From positions 192,001 to 256,000 of the forward strand of contig OY762209.1 of NCBI GenBank assembly GCA_963665295.1: a stretch of DNA of 64,000 nucleotides. Reading direction: 5' to 3'. The notes under the pieces were generated by a model, which was not told where the DNA came from, made no database searches, and saw only the letters and a list, made by a program, of their open reading frames with translations. Positions 38,001 through 45,870 of the stretch are shown here, piece by piece. Every line of letters starts with the position of its first letter. Position 1 is the first letter of the stretch. Source of the stretch: Syntrophorhabdaceae bacterium (GTDB taxonomy: Bacteria > Desulfobacterota > Syntrophorhabdia > Syntrophorhabdales > Syntrophorhabdaceae). The position numbers and the translations under genes were made by a program.

Positions 38001-38423
38001 AGCCGCGGCGGCAGGAGCAAGGTCCTTGTAGCCTCTCAGCTTGGTTGCCTTGGGGAGGTTGGTGTGCATCTTCGCCGTGTAATCCACGATGCCTATTTCA
38101 TAATAGTCATCATTGGGAAAGGTTGCATTCGTCACTTTCGTCGCTACGGGGATATACTGCCCCAGGTTGTTTTCATTACACGTGCCCGTACCCGGCGTGG
38201 GGGTGCTCACAGTGCACCCCGGCAATCCGACACCGGGCAGTCCATCGACAAACTTCGAAAGGGCCGTCCCCGTGTTGACCGCGCCAACAAGGCCTTGAGG
38301 GCTGTTGGCGTAAAACGTCACGCCCGCCGGTCCCAAGGCGCCTCCATAGACAAGTTGGCCGCCCGAAAAAAGGACGGCCGCCGCCAATCCGACACCTGCC
38401 ATAAATTTTGATCTCTTTCTCAT
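35001..38423 (-). CDS. Secreted multicopper oxidase (CotA/OmpB-like) with five C-terminal FG-GAP/VCBS-like repeats
   Basis: IHLHG, FYHDH, HPIHFH, WHCHILGHEEADM. Signal peptide. D(F/Y)xxDGxxDI(L/I/V)WR x5. ATG 38423 with GGAGGAG RBS. Confidence 0.92.
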   Translation of the reverse strand: MRKRSKFMAGVGLAAAVLFSGGQLVYGGALGPAGVTFYANSPQGLVGAVNTGTALSKFVDGLPGVGLPGCTVSTPTPGTGTCNENNLGQYIPVATKVTNATFPNDDYYEIGIVDYTAKMHTNLPKATKLRGYKDLAPAAAANATQYLGPLILATKDRPVRIKFTNQLGVGTLGNLFIPVDTTVMGAGAYTIGDMANPASLISGNFTQNRQAIHLHGGATPWISDGTPHQWFVPAGDSPNYPQGQSFRNVPDMGTVPAGSQTIFYSNQQSARLMFYHDHAMGTTRLNVYAGGAAAYLVTDPQEEYAITTGLLPNTCAGGGATVCGFRYGVPLVFQDKTFVPLNIATQDSLWDTVNWGTNGDLWLPHVYEPNQSLTTANGLNPYGRWDYGPWVWPPVAAGSYVTPLPQPSYAPEAFMDTAMVNGTAYPNLTVDPKAYRFRILNAANDRPLNLQLYYAVDSATQAVKCNSAGVPAATCTEVAMAAAIPRAACSATVTTNCTCVIGFNPAGCFPATWPTDGRDGGAPDPANIGPDIIQIGTEGGFLPAPVVIPSQPVTFDPDGNILGKALLLMPAERADVIIDFSAIPAGSTLILYNDAPAPLPGGDPRNDYYTGNPDQSASGGSPSTVAGFGPNTRTIMQFRVSAAAPSPVYDLAALQNTASGLPAMFAGSQPAPIVTEAAYGLPNGPYNVTYTDNYSKIFDTTMTVNGASMPLKGKSLNDTWEPMGGYGRMLVNLGDQAPDGQTAAVPYAFVDPVTDVATTNQTQLWKITNNSVDAHPIHFHIVNVQVVNRIGWNGEIIPPEPNELGWKETVRMNPFQDVIVAFRATPPTLPFAVPNSVRYLNPTQPIGSTMGFSVAGTVNAMTNLGQEYMWHCHILGHEEADMMRPLVLDRGLAPDFNYDGKSDILWRNTTTGANRIWYMNGTSLLSTVALMSVTDPAWVIGGTGDFNNDGYPDILWRHSTGVNAIWYMNGATFLGDGTLPSDADAAWKMVGTGDFDNNGYPDILWRNTTTGANRVWYMNNGLFVSSAALPSEADLGWAIAGTDDFNNDGKPDIIWRHTSGANAVWYMNGTSLLSTAALTSVADSAWTIAGTGDYNSDGHPDIVWRHSTGVNAVWYLDGVTFLGDGTLPSDADPAWTIANR

Positions 38424-38551
38424 ATACTCCTCCTTTTCATACCATTCCTCAACCGTGACTCCGGCAAAGCCGGAGGTTCGGTGAACCGTGAACCGCTCAA
38501 AGCTGTTGTAACCGTGGGTCACCTGAAGGCCGGGGTTCTGAATGCGGTTAG

Positions 38552-38567
38552 TGCAACAACGGTGCCG
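38552..38567 (-). promoter_or_regulatory. Sigma54 -24/-12 promoter of multicopper oxidase 1
   Basis: CGGCACCGTTGTTGCA against consensus TGGCACGNNNNTTGCW. Confidence 0.65.
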
Positions 38568-38675
38568 CATGGGGCCGCCGGGGAGGCGCACCCGCAACCG
38601 TTGGTTGACTACGTCGATACCCCTTTGCAAAACGGTCCCTTTCGGATTCGGAAGACTGCCTTCTTTCGTCATTCT

Positions 38676-38713
38676 GTCTTGAGTGACAAGGTTTTTGTAT
38701 TGGCCAACAAGAC
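38676..38713. promoter_or_regulatory. Tandem dyads GTCTTG-N5-CAAGAC-like (putative enhancer-binding-protein sites)
   Basis: GTCTTG-agtga-CAAGGT (38676) and GTATTG-gccaa-CAAGAC (38697), 21 bp apart. Confidence 0.55.
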
Positions 38714-38963
38714 TTGTCTCGTTCCGTAAGACAGATAAGAAGCTATTTATTACCTTTATTTTGATGGATTTCGTGGTGGTGAAAGTGTGAGGACGACACA
38801 AAAGGGCAAGGCACATTTTCTATGGCCCATCCCTTGAACGTACGGGCGCCCATGGTTAGATTTATTGAAAAGGCGGTTTCGCAAGAGGCCGTACAGGCAA
38901 GGGGGTTGCAGACAAGTGGAGAGATTAACGAGATTTCTGTGCAGAGGAGTTCGATCACGGAGC

Positions 38964-39929
38964 ATGTTCCCGGTCCTGAGAATCGCATTGATTCTGCCGG
39001 CGCTCATCATGTCTGTTTCCGGTGAAGCCGTATCCGCAAAAATCGACATAACCAGGGCCAGTCAGCGCATCGAGAATATCATTATCCCCGACGACAGCCT
39101 GCCGTTTATAGGGTTCTGGAAAACAGACTGCAGCTACGCCTTCGGACTCGCCCTGGAGAGGGCGGGCGACGGCAAGTATTCCATATCCTTTTCAGGTCCC
39201 TCGGGAGGCTACCCACCCGGCCCCGGGCGGCCGCCTACATCGCTCGTTCATGACCCTCATTACAAAGTGATCGATGCAAATACCATCGAAGTCAAGGAAG
39301 ACAAGGGGTTTGTAAGATATTACCGGTGCGCGGATTCCAGATTCTTCAAGAAAGCGGGCACGGGCACGCCTCCCGCAGCTACAAAGAAGGACCCCGAACC
39401 GGACCCGGGCTCCCTTCAAGTCATGGGATTGAAACTGGGCATGGACATCACGGAGGCGCGAAAGGTAAGGCCCGACCTCCGGATCAAGCATCTTGACCCC
39501 AACCTGCCTAAAGCGGATTGGCCGGACGCGGTGGGCGAGGCGTCCGGTCTCAAAGTATTCTTTGCAAACAAAAAGGTCGCTTCCATAGAGTATTCGAGGA
39601 GGTTCCTGCCGACCCTCTCCCTGTCCCAGTGGAGATATGCGAGATCCGATCTCGATCGAAAGTACGGGCTTGCGGGACAGTTCGAAGATAGAGTGGTCCG
39701 GGCGTCCGATGCGGGGAAGGCCGAAGCGGGGATTGGGGATTGTCAATACCGGAACGACCCGGATATTCAGTCCTTTGTATTGAATTGCATCCGGGAAGGG
39801 TCTTCCACGGGTAATTATTTCCGGATAAAGCTCAACCCGGAATCGCTCACGATCCGGCTGCAGGATGAAACCCCGAAAACCACGCACAGGAACCGACGTG
39901 GCGCCGGGAGTGAGAACGCGCCGCGTTGA
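38964..39929 (+). CDS. Exported hypothetical protein, paralogue A
   Basis: Signal peptide. FIGFWKTDC..FGL..ERAG domain followed by a GLKLGM domain. Confidence 0.7.
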   Translation: MFPVLRIALILPALIMSVSGEAVSAKIDITRASQRIENIIIPDDSLPFIGFWKTDCSYAFGLALERAGDGKYSISFSGPSGGYPPGPGRPPTSLVHDPHYKVIDANTIEVKEDKGFVRYYRCADSRFFKKAGTGTPPAATKKDPEPDPGSLQVMGLKLGMDITEARKVRPDLRIKHLDPNLPKADWPDAVGEASGLKVFFANKKVASIEYSRRFLPTLSLSQWRYARSDLDRKYGLAGQFEDRVVRASDAGKAEAGIGDCQYRNDPDIQSFVLNCIREGSSTGNYFRIKLNPESLTIRLQDETPKTTHRNRRGAGSENAPR

Positions 39930-39975
39930 CCGTCCGATTACGGACAGGGAGGTCGTAAAGATAAGAAAGACGACA

Positions 39976-40968
39976 GTGAAGGAAACAAGACTTCGGCCCA
40001 AAGGCGTTCAGTCGCGGGGTCTATTCCTGGCGGCAGGCATCGCACTGGTCCTCGTCCTCGACCTCTGCCTCCCCTGTGAAGCGAGATCTGCGAAGATCGA
40101 TCGGACCAGGACCGGCCAATATATGGAGAGCAGCATCATACCCGACGACAGCCTGCCGTTTATAGGGTTCTGGAAAACAGACTGCAGCTACGCCTTCGGA
40201 CTCGCCCTGGAGAGGGCGGGCGACGGCGAGTATTACGTATCCTTTTCAGGTCCCTCGGGGGGCTACCCGGCGGGCTCCGAACGGCCCCCGACATCGCTTG
40301 CGGGCGACCCCGGTTATCGGATCATCGATGAGAATACCATAGAGGTCAAGGAGAGTAAGGGGTTCGTGAGATATTACCGGTGCGAGGATTCCAGGTTCTT
40401 CAAAAAGGCCGATGCAAGCCCACCGCCGGCCGTCACGAGAAATGACCCGGAAACAGACCCCCGGTCCCTGGAAGTCGTAGGGCTAAAGCTGGGCATGACC
40501 ATGGAAGAGGTGAAAAAGGTGAGACCCGACCTCCGGATCAGACATCTTGACCCCAACCTCCCCGGCGCAGACTGGCCGGACGGGGACGCCGAAACGCCCG
40601 GTCTGAAAATACTGTTCGCAGACAAGAAGATTGCCTATATAGAATACTTCAAGTGGTTCACCGTAAGGCTGTCCCCTTCCCAATGGAAGTACATAATATC
40701 CGATCTTGGTCGAAAATACGGACTCGTGGCCCAGTTCGGAGGGAAAGAAGCCCCGCCGTCCCTTACGGGAAGCGTCAAGGATGTCATGGGGGACTGCGAG
40801 TACCTCAATGCTCCCGACCTTCCGTCCTTCACGCTGAGCTGTACCAAAAAAGGCTCGCCCATGGGCAATTATTTCTTCATAAAGGTCGACTCGGAGTTTA
40901 TTCGTATCCTTCTGCAGGATGAGAGCCGTCAGAGTATTCACAGGAGCAGGTCGGGGACCGGGGGTTAA
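39976..40968 (+). CDS. Exported hypothetical protein, paralogue B (start uncertain)
   Basis: Colinear similarity to 38964-39929, including an identical 87-bp block. Confidence 0.7.
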   Translation: MKETRLRPKGVQSRGLFLAAGIALVLVLDLCLPCEARSAKIDRTRTGQYMESSIIPDDSLPFIGFWKTDCSYAFGLALERAGDGEYYVSFSGPSGGYPAGSERPPTSLAGDPGYRIIDENTIEVKESKGFVRYYRCEDSRFFKKADASPPPAVTRNDPETDPRSLEVVGLKLGMTMEEVKKVRPDLRIRHLDPNLPGADWPDGDAETPGLKILFADKKIAYIEYFKWFTVRLSPSQWKYIISDLGRKYGLVAQFGGKEAPPSLTGSVKDVMGDCEYLNAPDLPSFTLSCTKKGSPMGNYFFIKVDSEFIRILLQDESRQSIHRSRSGTGG

Positions 40969-40990
40969 AGCATGGTTCCTGCCCTCTTCC

Positions 40991-41467
40991 TCAGGGGTTG
41001 TCCAGGGCGACTATCAGCTTCATGGTGATATCGTTGAACTTCAGGATCTTCTTGCCTTTATGCTCTCTCAGGAATTTGTTCGCATCCTTTTCTTTTTCAA
41101 AAGGAATCGGTTCATGGCCCATGGGGCCGTACATGTCGCTCCATATCACATAAAACGCCTGTCGCGCGTCGATGGACGCCTTCGAGTAATAATCCTTCAC
41201 GGTAATGGCCTTTATGTCCTTCGCGCTGACCGCCGGATCGTATTTCTTCATGTCCAGATAGTATTTGAACATGCACTTGGACCCGTCAAAGGTGGCACGC
41301 CGGGCATCCTTGAATTCAATCACGCTATTCCAGTCAACGAACATGGAGACGAACATCCCGCATGCGGGACACCTCTCCTTCCGGGCGGGATCAGTTCCCG
41401 CAGGGCCTTGGGCAATGGAGGTCGAGACTGCCCAGAGTACGAGTATGCAAGTGACAATGCCTTTCAT
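40991..41467 (-). CDS. NosL-family copper-binding protein
   Basis: CPACGM, FDGSKCM, VKDYY, GPMGHEPIPF..FLREHKG. Confidence 0.88.
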   Translation of the reverse strand: MKGIVTCILVLWAVSTSIAQGPAGTDPARKERCPACGMFVSMFVDWNSVIEFKDARRATFDGSKCMFKYYLDMKKYDPAVSAKDIKAITVKDYYSKASIDARQAFYVIWSDMYGPMGHEPIPFEKEKDANKFLREHKGKKILKFNDITMKLIVALDNP

Positions 41468-41480
41468 CGAAATCCCTCCC

Positions 41481-42254
41481 TCATCCGGTCTTTCCCGCCA
41501 CCACCCTCTTTTCCTGTTCCGTGGAAACGGGCGCCTCAAGGCCGGCGGCGTGACCCGCTGCCCCGGCTTCACTGATACGGCCGTCCCTCATCTCGAACAT
41601 CCGGTCCGCATATCCGGCCAATTCGGGATTGTGGGTGACCATGACCACCGTGAGCCCCGCGCTTCTGTTCAGCGCCTTCAAGACATCCACAATCTCCCCG
41701 GAGCGCTTCGTGTCGAGGTTCCCCGTCGGCTCGTCGGCGAGCAGTATTTCCGGCTTGTTGACCATGGCCCTCGCGATGGCCACCCGCTGCATCTCCCCGC
41801 CCGATATCTGGCCCGGCAGATGAGCCTTCCGGTGGTCTATTCCGAGAAGGCTGAGGAGTTTCTCCGCCTCGTGCTCCGTCCCCGGCTTACGGAAAAAGGT
41901 CAGGGGAAGGACCACGTTTTCCATGACGGTCAAGGTCGGGATGAGGTAGAAATTCTGGAAGATGTAACCGAAGGCCTCTCTCCTTATCTTTGTGAGGTCC
42001 CGCTCGGAAAGTTGTTTCTTCTCCCCGAAGATCGACCTCCCGTCAAGAGAAAGGGACCCTGAGGTCGGATTATCGAGACAGCCCATCAGGTTGACAAGGG
42101 TGGTCTTCCCCGATCCGGAGGGCCCGATTATGGAGACGAAATCCCCTTTGTTGATCTGGAAGGAAACGTCGTTCACGGACCTTACTTCCTCTATGCCCCG
42201 GGTGTAGATCTTCGTCAGGTTGGTTGCCTCTATGGCTATGGCCTTGCCGCTCAT
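41481..42254 (-). CDS. ABC transporter ATP-binding protein (LolD/MacB type)
   Basis: GPSGSGKTT, ISGGEMQRVAIARA, LADEPTGNLD, VTHN. Confidence 0.93.
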   Translation of the reverse strand: MSGKAIAIEATNLTKIYTRGIEEVRSVNDVSFQINKGDFVSIIGPSGSGKTTLVNLMGCLDNPTSGSLSLDGRSIFGEKKQLSERDLTKIRREAFGYIFQNFYLIPTLTVMENVVLPLTFFRKPGTEHEAEKLLSLLGIDHRKAHLPGQISGGEMQRVAIARAMVNKPEILLADEPTGNLDTKRSGEIVDVLKALNRSAGLTVVMVTHNPELAGYADRMFEMRDGRISEAGAAGHAAGLEAPVSTEQEKRVVAGKTG

Positions 42255-42415
42255 CTGCCCGCCTCCCACGCGGCACGGGGACCGCATAGCGATTCTGTCG
42301 CCGGGATCCCTGCGAGGGCCATGACAACGACCTGCGCGGAAAGGACGGCGGTCAAGACGGTCCTTGCCTTTCTTCCGGGCAAGTGTCTATAGGCGATCCC
42401 GTATGCGGTGATCAT
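42251..42415 (-). pseudogene. Internally deleted MacB/FtsX-type ABC permease (54 codons)
   Basis: Starts MITAYGIAYRHLPGRKARTVLT, like a permease N-terminus. ATGA overlaps on both sides. Not in the ORF track. Confidence 0.6.
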
Positions 42416-43092
42416 TTTCTCTGCTCCTCCTGGGTGGATTGTGCGGAAAAGACGAACTCGTCCATGAGGATAAGATTCTTTTTCGTGGCGCGCAACGCTG
42501 CCCTGAAGTCGGCTTCAGCCTCCGGCGCGGGGTTCTTTATCTCCGCCGCCTTCCCTGTCGCCTTTCCCGTGCCCACGTCATAATGCTCGAAGTCCCTGAG
42601 GGTGAGCCCCGTCAACTGCCGGGCGAACTTCTGGTCCCTCAGTTTCGCCGCATACTGGCTCGTCATCTTCTGAATGTAGAATCCCCTTATGGTCCCGTCC
42701 ATAGTCTGCACGAGGAACACCTGGATGCCGCCGAACTGACCCTTCTGGTTTACCCCGTGGATGTACCCGATCTTCTTCTTGCCCGCATATATCTCGTAGA
42801 TCGTATACGGGACGTCGATGGTCTCGTAGATGCCCCGGAACTTGTCGCCGAGCCGGGTCTCCACGGTCTTCATGAGCTTCTCCCCTCCTTTCTTCTGGAT
42901 CGAGGTATAGATCGTCCTGTACCCCGTCGATTCCGGGAAGAGACGCGCCACGTCACGGTCAGGATCGTTGAGATCGCACCCCACCGCGCCGAAAACAAAG
43001 CCCCCCGTGCCGAAAACAACGAGAAGGGTCATGATCACGCAGCCTGCCAGGGCCTGCTTCACGTTGAAGGTAATTCCATACGTTTTTTTCAT
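42412..43092 (-). CDS. Exported protein, FMN-binding-domain-like (RnfG/NosR-like fold, tentative)
   Basis: Signal/TM segment, LFPES, IGYIHGVNQKGQFGGIQVFL..DGTI, FARQLTG. Confidence 0.5.
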   Translation of the reverse strand: MKKTYGITFNVKQALAGCVIMTLLVVFGTGGFVFGAVGCDLNDPDRDVARLFPESTGYRTIYTSIQKKGGEKLMKTVETRLGDKFRGIYETIDVPYTIYEIYAGKKKIGYIHGVNQKGQFGGIQVFLVQTMDGTIRGFYIQKMTSQYAAKLRDQKFARQLTGLTLRDFEHYDVGTGKATGKAAEIKNPAPEAEADFRAALRATKKNLILMDEFVFSAQSTQEEQRK

Positions 43093-43415
43093 AGCACCCG
43101 CTTTATAGTAATAGAATTGCACCACCACGGTGCTGCCGGTGGATTTGCGGTCGGGCCGCTCAATAGACAGGCGCCGGGCTTCTCCACGCTATCTCCCTTG
43201 CAACATTCATACCCGGACCAGGGCTTGCCCTAGTTCCATGGTCACTCAATCATTACCACTACTTGAATGATTGAGGCCGGAAATCCCACCGTCTCATGTC
43301 TCCTGAAAGAAGACACGAGTCTTGCCCCGCAAGAATATTATATCCCGGAAACGGGAATAAAGGAAGGGGACAGCGTGCATTCCTCCATGCTGTCAGGTAT
43401 GGATCTCAAGAAAAG

Positions 43416-43445
43416 TTGACATGAAAACTGTTCGTCCGATACAAT
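43416..43445 (+). promoter_or_regulatory. Sigma70-type promoter
   Basis: TTGACA-N18-TACAAT upstream of 43580. Confidence 0.55.
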
Positions 43446-43579
43446 CGGGATTATATTGAAGTAGCGTTTCTGCAAGCCGGGGAGGGATGGGGACGAGGCA
43501 GGCAGGGTGATCCGCCCCGCGCCCATCCCGTTAAAATCCTCTTTCCGTCATTCGATGGGGCAATTTGAGGAGGCACGAT

Positions 43580-44125
43580 ATGAGAAGGTTTCTCGAAGCG
43601 TCATTGGTCACCGCGGTTTTGATCCTTTCCCTCGGCACAGCCCATGGGGACGGAGCACCGGGCGCCCTCAAGTGGTCCTATGAAACGGGGTTCCTCGTTT
43701 CCTCTTCTCCGGCCATAGGGGCGGACGGGACGGTCTATGTGGGTTCGCAGGACTCCAAGCTCTATGCGATGAGCCCCAATGGCGCTCTCAGGTGGTCCTG
43801 TGCAACAGGGGGACCCATCTCCTCTTCCCCGGCCATAGGGGCGGACGGGACGGTCTATGTGGGTTCGGAGGACCGCAATCTTCATACCATCAATCCCAAC
43901 GGCACGTTCAAGTGGTCCTATGCGACGGGGCGCAAGATCTACACCTCTTCCCCCGCTATCGGGACCGACGGTACGGTCTTTATCGGATCGGAAGACCGCA
44001 AACTCCACGCCGTCCACAGCGCGTCAAAGGGTCTCGCCGAAAGCCCCTGGCCCATGTTTCGCCTCAACACAAAACACGCAGCCGGGACCTTTGCACCTCC
44101 GGATGCAATCCGGATCAGGAAATAG
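43580..44125 (+). CDS. Exported PQQ-like/BamB-type beta-propeller repeat protein (three blades)
   Basis: KWSY.TG..SSPAIG.DGTVYVGS.D x3, C-terminal SPWPMFR. GAGGAGG RBS. Confidence 0.8.
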   Translation: MRRFLEASLVTAVLILSLGTAHGDGAPGALKWSYETGFLVSSSPAIGADGTVYVGSQDSKLYAMSPNGALRWSCATGGPISSSPAIGADGTVYVGSEDRNLHTINPNGTFKWSYATGRKIYTSSPAIGTDGTVFIGSEDRKLHAVHSASKGLAESPWPMFRLNTKHAAGTFAPPDAIRIRK

Positions 44126-44175
44126 GGGATCGCTCCCGCCCCGGTCGAACCGTTTTCCCGGGGCACGGGGCGCCC

Positions 44176-45183
44176 TCAGTAGCCTTCGAGCTTGAAATCC
44201 GTAAATATCATGGCCCACGTTGCGATAAGGGCGAAGATCAGATAGAAGGCAACTGCAACAAGGGTGAGCCGTTTCTGGATCGAGGGGAGCAGATCCTTAA
44301 GGCTGGGGATGTTTCGCGCAGGCATGACGAGACCGGTCGAGATTCCCGCCACCGCGCCCCCGAGGAGGGTAAGGTAAAGGGCGTAGCCCACGTAATGGTA
44401 TTCCTTCTGAAGGATGCAAAAGGGGCAGTGGTGCGTGGGCAACTGGTAGAAGTAGAGGGAGATGAAGCAGATGAGGGCGGCCACGGACACGACGAAGGTG
44501 AGGGCGCTCAAAAAAGAAAAGCCATACCCCACCGGTACCATTCCCCTCCTGATAAAGAGAAGTCCGGACGCTGAGGTGAGAAAGACAGAGGCAAAGAAGG
44601 CTATCTTCGCGGGTATGGTGGGAAAGGAAGGAAGGAGGGCCCCGGCCCCCTTCGCTTCGGGGCTGAACAGACTGCCGCAGCACGAGGTAATCACATGGGC
44701 GTCGAGGTTAAGGAAGTAAGCCCCCTGGAGGACCATCTCCGTGAGGATCAAGGGGGTTATACCAAGAAGAAGGAGATATTTCTTCTTTATGAGAGGATAA
44801 TCGATTGCCCTGTTGTCCGTATAGTTGACCACGAGCCAAACCCCTCCGAGTATGAAGTTGACAATCTTGAAAAGGAGGGTCGGGTATCCGTACCCGTTGA
44901 TGTTGAGCGTCCCGGCGGCGCACATGGCCCCCACAAAGAGGCTGCTCAGCTTGTCGGCGGTGAAGATGAAAAGGAACAGGGAAAAAAGTTGGAAGCAGAA
45001 GGCGTAGCTCATTACCGTGGAGATGAGGTATGTCTGCCTTTCGAGGTTGAGCTGCACCTCGCTGCCGCTCCTCAGGTCCCAGCGCCTCACTATTCTTACG
45101 CCGTAGGACGCGGCGTAGAGGACCATGAAGCTCACCACGAGGGAGCCTACAAAGAGCGCTATGATCGCGGGGTGCATGATCAT
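44176..45183 (-). CDS. Polytopic membrane protein with Cys/His motifs
   Basis: GAMCAAG, ITSCCGSLF, PTHHCPFC. About 8 TM segments. Last gene of the nosL-ABC operon. Confidence 0.75.
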   Translation of the reverse strand: MIMHPAIIALFVGSLVVSFMVLYAASYGVRIVRRWDLRSGSEVQLNLERQTYLISTVMSYAFCFQLFSLFLFIFTADKLSSLFVGAMCAAGTLNINGYGYPTLLFKIVNFILGGVWLVVNYTDNRAIDYPLIKKKYLLLLGITPLILTEMVLQGAYFLNLDAHVITSCCGSLFSPEAKGAGALLPSFPTIPAKIAFFASVFLTSASGLLFIRRGMVPVGYGFSFLSALTFVVSVAALICFISLYFYQLPTHHCPFCILQKEYHYVGYALYLTLLGGAVAGISTGLVMPARNIPSLKDLLPSIQKRLTLVAVAFYLIFALIATWAMIFTDFKLEGY

Positions 45184-45866
45184 GGGCGCATCCCCGGACC
45201 GACTATCCTCCCATCCCGGAACTCTATCACCCTTTCCACCAGAGTGGAATCGTACATCAGGGGATCGTGGCTCGCGATGAGTATGGTTTTGCCTTGCCGG
45301 TTAAGGTCGGCCACGATCTCCATAAACTCCTGCGAAAGCTTTGTATCGAGATGAGCAGTGGGCTCATCGGCGATGATGATCTCCGGGTTGTTGATAAGGG
45401 CGCGGGCGATGGTGACGCGCTGGGCCTCTCCTCCGGAAAGCCATTCCACCTTGGATGAGGCCTTGCCGGCAAGGTTGAAGAGCCCGAGAAGATCAAGGGC
45501 CCTCGCGCGCAGGGCGCCGTGTTTCTCTCCCGAGGGGTAGGCGGGGACCATGACGTTCTCCAGCGCCGTCACCCCCCTTATGAGGTTGAAATGCTGGAAG
45601 ATAAACCCGAAGCTCGTGCGCCGTATCTCGGCAAGGAACCTTTCCGGAAGGCTCGTTATCTCCTTTCCGAAGACCTCGACCCTTCCGGATGTGGGCTTTG
45701 TCATGGCGCCTACGATGCTGAGGGCCGTAGTCTTCCCGGACCCGCTCGGTCCCCTGAGCACGGTGATTTTATGGGGTTCGATGGAGAGGCTTATGTCATC
45801 GAGGGCCGTGAATTCGTTGGAATTCCCCTTATTGAAAATCTTGGTCACATGTCTGAGATCGATCAT
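45180..45866 (-). CDS. ABC transporter ATP-binding protein (LolD/MacB type)
   Basis: GPSGSGKTT, LSGGEAQRV, ADEPTAHLD, ASHD. Confidence 0.93.
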   Translation of the reverse strand: MIDLRHVTKIFNKGNSNEFTALDDISLSIEPHKITVLRGPSGSGKTTALSIVGAMTKPTSGRVEVFGKEITSLPERFLAEIRRTSFGFIFQHFNLIRGVTALENVMVPAYPSGEKHGALRARALDLLGLFNLAGKASSKVEWLSGGEAQRVTIARALINNPEIIIADEPTAHLDTKLSQEFMEIVADLNRQGKTILIASHDPLMYDSTLVERVIEFRDGRIVGPGMRP

Positions 45867-45870
45867 GACG

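Noticed and set aside
35892..38411. 839-aa plus-strand ORF and other long antisense ORFs over dcw, gsp, cus and oxidase genes
   Set aside because: They lie opposite well-supported genes and have no recognisable motifs, as expected from GC-rich codon bias.
38424..38816. 131-aa N-terminal extension of oxidase 1 in the ORF track
   Set aside because: A strong RBS and signal peptide start at 38423, and the extension overlaps the predicted promoter and enhancer.
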